From assembly GCA_038087875.1 (NCBI GenBank), contig JAXLNO010002694.1:186001-250000 (forward strand): a stretch of 64,000 nucleotides of DNA, in the 5' to 3' direction. Origin of the DNA: Malacoraja senta (lineage: Eukaryota). Shown here piece after piece: positions 48,801 through 60,800 of the stretch (positions within the stretch are counted from its first letter, which is position 1; the number at the start of each line of letters is the position of its first letter). The notes under the pieces are model-generated. The model was given only the letters and a program-made list of their open reading frames with translations. It was not told where the DNA came from and did not search any database. The position numbers and the translations under genes are program-made.

Positions 48801-51800
48801 TGATAGGAAGTTCAGGACCCAGTTACATGTGCCAGCATCAACCCCCAATAGCTCCAACTTCTCCACCAGCTGCTGCGGAATGATTGTATTAAAAGCAGTG
48901 CTGAAGTCTATGAAGAGGATCCTGGCATAAGTATTTTTCCGATCAAGGTGTGACAGTACGAGGTTCAGTGTTGTTGAGACTGCGTCCTCTGTGGATCGGT
49001 TGGCTCTGTAGGCGAACTGCAGTGGGTCTAGGTCGGCAGGTAGACTATTTTTGATATGCTGCATAACCAGTCGCTCAAAACACTTCATTACTATGGGTGT
49101 TAGAGCCACTGGTCGAAAGTCATTATGGCAGGCTGGGTTTGGTTTCTTCGGGACAGGGACGATGGTGGCACTCTTAAGACAGTTGGGCACTACTGCCTGG
49201 CTGAGTGAGATGTTAAAAATGTCTGTTAAGACATCTTTCAGTTGCTGAAATATACGGTGGTATACGATACGATAGAAGTTTATTTATCCCAGGAGAGAAA
49301 TGGGATGGCCGACAGTCATAAAACACAACAAGATACATGAAACATGGAAGTGACGAGTGGAAAGGATTGGGGATGTTAAAAAACTGGGGATGGAGGGAGG
49401 GGGGATGGGGGAGGTTGAGTCAGTCTACCTTACGATAGAAGGGGGAGAAGTTATGGTTTGGAAGCCACAGGAAAAAAGGATCTGTGGTGTTCTGTACTGC
49501 ATCTTGGTGGAACTAGTCTGTTGCTGAAGGTACTTCTCAGGTTGACCAGTGTGTCATGGAGGGGATGAGCTGTACTGTCCAAGATGCTTCGCAATTTGAG
49601 GAACATCCCTCCAAGACCACTTCTCACGAATCCAACTCCGTCCCAAGGACGGAGCCAGCCTTCCCAGCACACGGCAGCGAACAAGACGGCACTGGCCACC
49701 ACCGATTGGTAGAACATCTGCAGCATCTTACTACAGACGTTGAAAGAGCATCATGTTCAGCATGGACATTGAGGGCTGAGGGCCTGTTCCTGTACTGTAC
49801 TGTTTTATGTTACATGTCATTCAAACCCCATTTGTTCCTTCCCCATAAATTACGGTGAATTCCCCAATACTCTGCCAGATTTCCATGAAAGATGCTCCGA
49901 GTCCACGCCGACCATCGGTCACCCGTTCACACTAAGCTCATAAGTCCTAGGAGCAGAATTAGGCCATTGGCCTACCAAGTCAACTCTGTCATTCAATCAT
50001 GGCTAATCTATCTTTCCCTCTTAACCCCAGTCTCCTGCCTTCTCCCCATAACCCCTGATACGCTTACTGATCAAGAATCTGTCAATCTCCGCCTTAAAAA
50101 TATCCATTGACGACTTCCACAGCCGTTTGTGGCAATGAATTCCACAGATTCACCACCCTCTGACTAAAGACATTCCTCCTCATCTCCTTCCTAAAGGCAC
50201 GTCCTTTTATTCTGAGAGTATGGCCTCTGGTCCTCAACTCTCCCACTAGTGGAAACATCCTCTCCACATTCACTCTATCCAGACCTTTCATAATTCAGTA
50301 AGTTTCAATGTGGTCCCCCCGCATCCATCTAAACTCCAGCGAGTACAGGCCCAGTGCCTTCAAACAGTCATCATATGTGAACCCAATCATTCCTAGAATC
50401 ATTCTTGTAATCCTCTTCTGGACCCTCTCCAATGCCAGCACATCCTTCTTCAGAGGAAGGGATGTTTCCTTAAAAATATCCATTGACGGCCTCCACAGCC
50501 TTCTGTGTCAATGAATTCCACAGATTCACCACCCTCAGCGTTCTCGTCGCGCCCCCCGTCAGTACCCAGGTTCGCCTGGGGAAGCCAATGATCCTTCCAG
50601 CAGACTAAATTCTACAAGACGATGCCTGAGAGCCAAGTCAAAGAATCCTAGTCATTATCCCAAAGCCGAAAGCAGCAACAACGACCAGCCTCAAGAGCAC
50701 CTAGCAGTTGGACCTGCTCTCCGAATACTACAGCTGAATATTGAAGGCCTCTCTGCAGACATCTTCAACCCACCCACTGCTCGACTTCCATCTAGACGAC
50801 CAATTTGGAAGAACCCACCACCAGCTGATTTCACCACCCAATCAGCTTGAATAAAGGAATGGGAGTCCAAGGACGTCCCAAATAAACATCTGGTGTCAGA
50901 CCCAACACTACCGGTCCCTGGCACCAATCTCCCAAGGAAGCAGTGGACGACGCTGAATAGATTCAGGACTGGACATGGCCCCTGCTTGGCCAGCCTTATC
51001 AAGAGGCAACTGCTTGGCTAAAGGACTTTGCATTCGCTAAATAAATAAATAACCACCCTCCGACTAAAGAAATTCCTCATCTCCTTTCTACAAGCAGGAG
51101 TGAAGCAGATTGTGGACAACATGCAGTGACTTACCTCCCCTCAGTGTCATTGTCAGAATCTCTGACAGGCTGCTGTGCTGGACCTGACAGCTGTACATAT
51201 TCAGATCTTGGCCGTGTAGCTCGATGAGCAGTTCCATCCTGTACGTGTCATCGTGGTTTGGTAGAAGGGTCTCGTTTATGTCATTGGAGACGGCCTGCCC
51301 ATTCCTCAGCCAAGTGGCGTTGATGGCGCGGGGGTAAAAGGGAGTGATGACACACCGGAGACTCTCGCCTTTGTCAGCCATCGGCTCCCTTTTCAACACT
51401 GTCACCCCTGGAACAACTGGGGAAGAATGGAGAGTAACGTCACTAATTTAAACCAGAGGACATTATCTTACAGATGGAGATTATGCACACCAGCCTTGCT
51501 GTCTCACCGTTTCACTCACAAACTAGTTAGCTCGTTCAGGAAACATAGTGGAGTACATGCCCCACTCAGTATCAATGGTGCCAAAGTAGAAATGGTTCAG
51601 ATCTTCAAGTTCCTTGGCATTAATATTACCAACGATCTATCACAGACCAACCACATTGATACGGCAGCCAAGGAGGCACACCAACGCCTCTACTACCTTA
51701 GGAGACTCAGGAAATTTGGCATGACTCCAATGATTCTTACAATCCTCTGCAGAAGCTCCATACTGTCACTGCTTGGATTGGGAACAGCTCTACCCAAGAC

Positions 51801-54800
51801 CACAAAAATTGTAGATGTAGCCCAGACCATCACACAGACCAGACTCCCCATCACTGACTCCACCTACATTTCACGCTGCCACAGAAAAGCAGCCAACACA
51901 ATCAAAGACTTGTCCCACCCCCGGTCATTCCATCTTCTCCCTGCTCCCGTCGGGCAAATGGTACAGAAGCTTGAAAGCTAGCACCACCACCACCTCTGCT
52001 ACCAGGCTTCTGAGCGGTCCTTCCATAAGCTAGGGTACTGTCCAATTCACCTCTACCCCATTGGATTCTGTCTATTGGACTGATGAACTGTATCTTCCCC
52101 TTAGCACTATCTATTGTACTTGAGTTTAACTTTATTATATTTATGTCCAGTATAATCTGATCTATCTCTCCCTCCTCACCCCATTCTCCTGCCTTCTCCC
52201 CATAACCTCAGACACCCGTACTAATCACTGGAATTTAGAAGGATGAGAGGGGATCATGTAGAAACATATAAAATTATAAAAGGACTGGACAAGCTAGATG
52301 CAAGGGAGTCCAGAACCAGGGGCCACAGTCTAAGAATAAAGGGGAGGCCATTTAAAACTGAGATGAGAAAAAACTTTGTCACCCAGAGAGTTATGAATTT
52401 GTGGAATTCTCTGCCACAGAAGGCAGTAGAGGCCAATTCACTGGATGAATTTAAAAGAGAGTTAGATAGAGCTCTAGGGGCTAGCGGAATCAAGGGGTAT
52501 AGGGAGAAGGCAGGCACGCGTTACTGATTGTGGATGATCAGCCATGATCACAATGAATGGCGGTGCTGGCTCAAAGGGCACCTATTTTCTATGATTCTAA
52601 TCAAAAAACTGTCTATCTCTGCATTTTTAAAAAATCCACTGAATTGGCTTCTACAGCCGTCTGTGGCAAAGAATTCCTCTGATCATCACCCTCTGATTAA
52701 ATACATTTCTCCTCATCTCCTTCCCAAAAGAACATCCTAGGAAGCGATGACTAGTCCTAGACTCTCCCACCAGTGGAAACATCCTCTCCATGTCCACTCT
52801 ATCCATGCCTTTCACTGTTCTGCATGTTTAAATGAGGTCCCTCCTCATTCTTCTAAACTCCAGCGAGTACAGGCCCAGTGCCGGCAAATGGTCATCATCG
52901 ATTAACCCACTCACTCCTGGGATCAATTTTGTCAACCTCCTCTGGACCCTCTCAAGAGCCAACACATGCCCAAAATTGCTCACAATTGATCAGCAAATCG
53001 CTTGCCATCCCAGGTCAAAAATTCCCTTTTTGCCCCTGATCAGCATTGCCCCAGAAATCCCTCACCAACCCAGATCAGGAACCATTACAATCCTGGACCA
53101 GGTTATCATTCACTGTCCAGAGAAGGAGATCTCTCACCATCAGATCATAAGCTCCCTCACCGTCCTAGATCATAGATCCCTCATTGCCCCAGATCAGAAG
53201 GCCTCTGACAATTCTGGATCACGATATAATTTACTGTCCAGACCGGGAGATTCTTCGCTGTCCAGACCAGGAGATCTCTCACCACCAAGTCAGTGGATAT
53301 ATTTAAGGAAGTGATAGATAGATGTTCAAGAAGGAACTGCAAATGCTGGAAAATCGAAGGTAGACAAAAGTGCTGGAGAAACTCAGCGGTTGCGGCAGCA
53401 TCCATGGAGCGAAGGAAGTAGGCAACGTTTCGGAAGAAAGGGTTCTGAATTCTGAAGAAGGGTCTCGGCCCGAAATGTTGCCTATTTCCTTCGCTCCATA
53501 GATGCTGCCGCACCCGCTGAGTTTTTTCCAGTACTTTTGTCTACCAGTGATAGATTCTTAATTAGTATGGGTGTCAGAGGTTATGGGGAGAAGGCAGCAG
53601 AATGGGGTTAGCAGAGAAAGATAGATCAGCCATGATTGAGTGGTAGAGTAGACTTGATGGGCCGAATGGCCTAATTCTGCTCCTATCACTGATGATCTTG
53701 ATCAGAAGCTCCCTCACCATCCGCGATTGGGAAATCATCCCAGATCAGTGCTCCCTCACCATCATGGATGGGAGCTCCTTTGTTGTCTGGGTCAAGAGAC
53801 ACCTCACAGTCCCAGAGTGGAAGCTCCCTCACCACACTATATCGGAGCTCCCTCACCTCCCTGGATCAGAGCTCCCGCTCCGTCACACACAGGGGCTTAA
53901 GTACTGAGAAGCCCTACCTACCTCTCCTCTCGAGTGCTGCGTCACCAAGCCGAAGAGCTTTCTGTAAGTCTGGAATGCAGCTGTTGTTCACTGCTTGAAC
54001 TGCAGCATTATTAAAGAAAATCTGTTGGTTGATTGGATCGTTCAATAATTTAAGGATACCAGTGGCAGAACAGTTCACTGCGACCAGATCACAGTCAATC
54101 TCACCGAGGTCTTGGATGGCAAACTTTACAAACAGATGGGTCATATTTTCAGACTGTGTGCAGCCCCAAAGCCCCTGGAAGTAGCTGATACCTGTAAAGA
54201 AGCAATTGTCATTAATGAGAAGCCATTGCCTACTGTAGATTGGTTATTGCATGTGAACCAATCATAGTAGAGTAGCATCACTAACCCCACCTTACTGTAT
54301 GATTTATATTAACACCCACTTCCTACATTAAGTAGTCTTGGAAGCGGTAGTGATGAATTAACAACTAACAACCTGCTGTACCGCTATACTATGTGTTGCA
54401 ATTAAAGATGACTTAATCATATGTGTAACATAATCATTTACACCTACCAAACACGGAAATGCGACATGCACTGTGTGACCACGAGATGCAGGGAGCAGCA
54501 GACTGTAGTGATGGAATGATGCTAGAGCAGGGGCTGAGGATGGAGTGAATGCAGCATTGTCGGTGGTGGTACAGCACACAGTGTCTCAAACAATCTGTGA
54601 TCACGGTGAGCAAATGTGTACAGTCAGGGTGAGTGGGTACACAGGGGAATGATCATGGCGAGGGGCTGTGTGTGCACTCACATCCTTGTATGCAGAGCAG
54701 GGGATCAAATAGGAGAGGGTGTACCGTGCATCATTGTGGACAGAGTAGGGGATAACAGTGAGGTGGTGTACTGTGGATCAGGGTGTGTATAGAGGAGGGG

Positions 54801-57800
54801 ATTACAGTGAGATGATGTGCATTGCATCATTGAAATTCTAATTGTAATTAATTTATTCGCCAAGTATGTAAAAACATGCAAAGAATTTGATTTGCCATTC
54901 AGTCATACCAAAAAAGCAACAAGACACATAAAACAACATAAAAAGTAACATAAACATCCACCACTGTGATGGGATGGAAGGCAATAGCGTATTATCTTCT
55001 TTCCTGCTTTTCTCTCGCGGTCGGGGCAGTCGAACCATCCGCAGTCGGGGTGATCGAAGCTCCCGCGTCGGAGCGATTGAAACTCCTGTGGTTTGAGCTC
55101 CCGAAGTCGATCCCTAACCAAGAGACCGTCAGCTGCACGATGTTAGGCCGCAGTGTGGACGGATTTACGATACGGAAAAAGTTGCATCTCCGACGAGGAA
55201 AGAGACAATAAATGTTTCCCCCACCCCCCACATAATTTACACAACGGACTAAAAACAACAAAAGAAGAAAAGGACAACACAGACGTGGCAAGGCTGCCAT
55301 CGTACATCGTTAATCCATTGCGTGTATAATGCAGGGGATAGTGAGAGATGGTGTACTGTGGATCAGTTTATACAGTGCAGGGGATAGTGAGAGATGGTGT
55401 ACTGTGGATCAGTATGGGCAAAGCAGGGGATCACAGTGAGATGGTTTACTGTGGATCAGTATGGGCAAAGCAGGGGATCACAGTGAGATGGTTTACTGTG
55501 CATCAGTGTGGGCAAAGCAGGGGATCAGTGAGATGGTTTACTGTGCATCAGTGTGCATAGAGCAGGGATTACAGTGAGCGATGATGTACTGTGCAGGCGA
55601 TAGTGAGAGAGAGTGTACTGTGCATCATCGTGGGCAGAGAAGGGAATCACAGTGAGAGATGGTGTACTGTGGATCAGTTTATACTGCAGGGGATCACAGA
55701 GAGATAGTGTACTGTGCATCTGTTTCTACAGTGCAGGGGAATCACAGTGAGAGATGGTGTAGTGTGCATCAGTGTGTGTATAGAGCAGGGCGATCGCATT
55801 GAGACCGAAGTTGTCGGCACAGCGGCAGAGTTGCTGCCTTTTACAGTGTCAGAGACCCGGGTTTGATCCTGACAATGAGTGCAATGGGTACACTGTACAG
55901 AATTTGTACATGCTCACTATGACCACGCGGGTTTTCTCCGGGTGCCTCCGGTTTCCTCCCATATTCCAAAGCAGGGAAAGGAATTTCTGCTGCTTCATCA
56001 GATCCATCTGATAGCGGTTATTTTGGCAACGTGAAATTTACTGTGAGCCTGAGAGGTGAGAGGAGGACAAACACCTACCAAGCATTAGGCCAAATAAACT
56101 AAATTGTTTAGACACAATCGTGTGAATGGTGTCTGCGATCTCCTTCTGCCGTATCCAGTACTCAGCCGTGAAGCCGTTCGCAATCCACTGCTGCCTGGAT
56201 GCCACTTCTTCGAGGGAGTTGTCGTAGTAATCTATCTGCAGATCATCCAACATCCCAACCCTGGCGAAGGCTGGCAGGTCAGGAACACTGAGGGAGTAGG
56301 TGCCGAAATATATCAAGCTGTGGGAATCTGAGCAAAGGACACAAGGGAAGAGTGTTAGAAACAGACCAAACAAAAAGGTCGAATGCCCAGAGAATACCCA
56401 ACGGCTGAAGGGCGGCACGGTGGTGTAGCAGTAGAGCTACTGCTTTACAGCGCCAGAGACCCAGGTCCAATCCTGTCTGTACGGAATTTGTACGTTCACC
56501 CCGTGACCTGCGTGGGTTTTCTCCGATATCCTCGGTTTGGTCCCACCATCCAAAGACGGACAGGTTTGTAGGTTAATTGGCTTGGTATAAATATAAAATG
56601 ATCCCTAGTGTGTGTAGGGTAGTCTTAATGTACGGGGAATCGCTGGTCGGTGCAGACCCGGTGCCTCGAAGGGCCTGTTTCTACGCTGTATCTCTAAACT
56701 AAACTAAACCTCCAGAGCCTGATGGAATAGGTTAGGGTTTAGATTTATCATCGTCACGTGTACCAAGGTACAGCAAAAAGTTTTGTTTTGTATGCTATGC
56801 AAACAGACCAGACATACTATAGATAAATAAAATTAATTCAAGTTGAGTACAACAGATAGAGCATAGGGGAAAATGCTGAAAATATGGTTTAGACTTTACG
56901 TTTTAGAGATATAGCCCTTTTAGGAAACAGTCCCTTCGGCCCACTGTGTCTGTGCCGACCAGCAATCACCCCATACACTAGCAGTACCCTACATGACAGT
57001 ATCCTATTTTCAATTTTACCAAAGCCAATTAACTGACAAACTGAAGCACCCGAAAAATACCCACGTGTTTTCAGGGAGAACGTACAAACTCTGTACAGAC
57101 AGCACCCGTAGTCAGTCTCTGGCGCTGCAAGGCAGCAGCTCTACCGCTTCGCCACTCTTCCCAGCATTGATGTAATAAAAAGGAACTGCAAATGCTGGTT
57201 TATACCAAAGATAGACAGAAAATTGCTGGAGTAACTCAGCATATCAGGGAGCATCTCTGGAGAAAATGGATGGTGATGTTTCGGGTTGGGACCCTTCTTT
57301 AGACTGATTGTAAGTGGAGTGGGGGGGGGGGGGACTGGAAGAAAGAAAACACCAGGACAAATCAGGGCTGGCAACATATGACCTCAGGTATACAAAAGTG
57401 CTGGAGAAACTCAGCGAGTGCAGCAGCATCTATGGAGCGAAGGAAATAGGCAACGTTTCGGGCCGGAACCCTTCTTCAGACGTTGAGCTTCAGCGGGAGT
57501 CTGAAGAAGGGTTTCGGCCCGAAACGTTGCCTATTTCCTTCGCTCCATAGATGCTGCTGCACCCGCTGAGTTTCTCCAGCACTTTTGTCTACCTTCGATT
57601 TTCCAGCATCTGCAGTTCCTTCTTAAACATATGACCTCAGGCAGGGTGGTTCCCTGATAGGCCAAATGTTGGCAAGAATGGTCTATCTTTAGTTCTTGGC
57701 ATTGACAAGCAAGAATTTCATTGTCCTATCTGGGACACGTGACAATAAAACTCTCTTGACTCTTGACTCTCTTGTAAGTGTAACAGTTTCATGAACAAAG

Positions 57801-60800
57801 TTCAACGTATGCAATGTGATAAAGGTGAATCGGACAGTACCCTAGCTTATGGAAGGACCGCTCAGAAACCTGATAACATTGGGGATGAAGCTGTTCCTGA
57901 GCCTGGTGATGCGCGCTTTCAAACTTTTGTACCTTCTGCCAGATGGGAGCTGGGAGAAGGAGGATATGAAAGGTTTGATCGGGCAGGATGTCTGTGATAA
58001 TGATGGCTGATTTTCCAAGGCACTCTGAGGTGTAGATGTCGAATACTCTCCACTTAGAGTCTTCGAGTCATTCAGCACGGAAACAGGCCCTTCGGCCCAA
58101 CTTGTCCATGCAAACCAAGATGCCCCATAAAAGCTAGTTCCATTTGCCTGCATTTTCCCCAAATAGTCATAGCACAGCACAGAAACAGGTCCATCAGCCC
58201 AGCTTGCCCATGCTGACCAAGGTTCCCCATTTACAATAGTCCCACCTGCCCGCGTTTGGCCCATATCCTACCAAACCTTTCATAGTCATTGAGTGATACA
58301 GTGTGGAAACTGGCCCTTCGGCCCAGCTTGCCCACACCGGCCAGCATGTCCCAGCTGCACTAGTCCCACCTACCTCCGCTTGGTCCATATCCCTCCAAAT
58401 TTGTCCTATCCATATACCTGTCTAACTGTTTCTTAAACATTGGGATAGTCCCAGCCTCAACTGCTTCCTATGGCAGCTTGTTCCATACACCACCACCTTT
58501 TGTGTGAAAAGGTTACCCCTCAGATTCCTATTAAATCTTTTCCCCTTCACCTTGAACCTAAGCCCTCTGGTCCTTGATTCCCCCACTCTGGTCAAGAGAC
58601 TCTGCCTCATCTATTCCCCCTCATGATTTTGTACACCTCTATAAGATCACCCCTCATCCTCCTGCGCTCCAAGGAATAGAGATCCAGCCTACTCAACCTC
58701 TCCCTATAGCTCAGGCCCTCTAGTCCTGGCAACATCCTCGTAAATCTTCTCTGAACCCTTTCAAGCTTGACAATATCTTTCCGATAACATGGTGCCCAGA
58801 ACTGAACACAATACTCTAAATGTGGTCTCACCAACGTTCCTATCCAAATGTATTTTATATGTTGTTGTTCCTGCATCAACTACCTCCTCTGGCAGAATGA
58901 GCGCACCTCCAACCTACAGACACCATCCCAGAATAAACCCCCCACCCCGTGTTTGCTTTCTGTGCCCCACTATCACTAACAGCCCTTGTTAAAGAAGCAG
59001 TACAAGCTGGGCCGGCACAGCAGGTTTATAGCGCTAGGGGACTCAGTGTGGTCTGAAGGACCCATTTCCATACTGTATCTCTAAATAAACTAAAACATTC
59101 CACGCAAAAGGGTGACCAAAACTGAACATAATACTCCAATGTCGCCACACCTGCGCCTTGTACAGCTGTAACATAACATCACAACCTCTGTACTCAAAAC
59201 CCTGACTGATGAAGGCCAGTGTTCCAAAAGTCTTCTTGACCACTTTATCTACCTATGAAGTCACTTTTGAGGAAGTATGTGACTGCACTCATTGATCCCT
59301 CTGCTCTATAACACTCCCCAGTGCCCAACCCTTCACTTTGTAGGTCCTGCCCTAGGTTGTGACCTTTCTTCGGTGTATCCAGCACTTACCGTGTTTATTT
59401 AAAATTTCCATGAATTGATTTTTTAAAAAATTTCACACATACATAGAAAATAGGTGCAGGAGTAGGCCATTCGGCCCTTCGAGCCTGCACCGCCATTCAA
59501 TATGATCATGGCTGATCATCCAACTCAGTATCCCGTACCTGCCTTCTCTCCATACCCCCTGATCCCTTTAGCCACAAGGGCCACATCTAACTCCCTCTTA
59601 AATATAGCCAATGAACTGGCCTCAACTACCCTCTGTGGCAGAGAGTTCCAGAGATTCATCACTCTCTGTGTGAAAAAGTTTTTCCTCATCTCGGTCTTAA
59701 AGGATTTCCCCCTTATCCTTAAGCTGTGACCCCTTGTCCTGGATTTCCCCAACATCGGGAACAATCTTCCTGCATCTAGCCTGTCCAACCCCATAAGAAT
59801 TTTGTACGTTTCTATAAGATCCCCTCTCAATCTCCTAAATTCTAGCGAGTATAAGCCAAGTCTATCCAGTCTTTCTTCATATGAAAGTCCTGACATCCCA
59901 GGAATCAGTCTGGTGAACCTTCTCTGCACTCCCTCTATGGCTATAATGTCCTTCCTCAGATTTGGTGGAGTAGCTAGTAAAGATTTGATGGGCCAAATGG
60001 CCTCCTCTACATAATGAGGAAATATATGAAAATTGCACAATACACATTTTTCTTTTTTTGAAAACTTGACTTCATTTCCTTAGAGAGGAAGAGAAATCAG
60101 CTGTTATTGTGAAATGTCTGGCAAGGACCAGCATTTCACAATAACATTCACACTGCCCATCTGTATCAACAGGTCTTAGTTTAGTTCGGCACAGAAACAG
60201 GCCCTTTGGCCCAATAAGTCCATGCCGATAAGCGATCCCCGAGCACTAACACTACCCTACACATATTAGGGAAATGTACAATTTTATCAAGCCAATTGGC
60301 CCACAAACCTATACGTCTTTGGAGTGTGGGAGGAAACCGGAGCACCCGGAGTAAACCCACACAGGTCACGGGGAGAACGTACAAACTCTGGACAGGCAGC
60401 ACCCGTACTCAGGATCGATCCCGGGTCTCTGGCGCTGTAAGGCAGCAAGTCTCCCACTGCGAAAATTTCATAACAGACCAGGAAATATTCCATTCACCAT
60501 AAGCAACCATCACAGGTGCAGTCCACAAAGCAATCTCCCTGAAGACACATAGACAGATACATAGATAGACAATAATAATAATAATAATAATGGATTGGAT
60601 TTATATAGCGCCTTTCTAATACTCAAGGCGCTTTACATCACATTATTCATTCACTCCTCAGTCACACTCGGTGGTGGTGAGCTACTTCTGTAGCCACAGC
60701 TGCCCTGGGGCAGACTGACGGAAGCGTGGCTGCTAATCTGCGCCTACGGCCCCTCCGACCACCACCAATCACTCACACACATTCACACACATTCACACGC

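Noticed and set aside
48307-48930. 207-aa plus-strand ORF
   Set aside because: Antisense to the Rex RT ORF.
55325-55790. CRISPR-like array
   Set aside because: Degenerate tandem units without unique spacers, in a vertebrate context.
51135-56327. MHC class II or W-category chain
   Set aside because: Three extracellular domains (alpha1-alpha2-alpha3) on one chain with class I motifs. Those categories have two-domain chains.
56411-56480. tRNA genes at SINE heads
   Set aside because: A/B boxes are followed by SINE body and tail, and no full cloverleaf forms.
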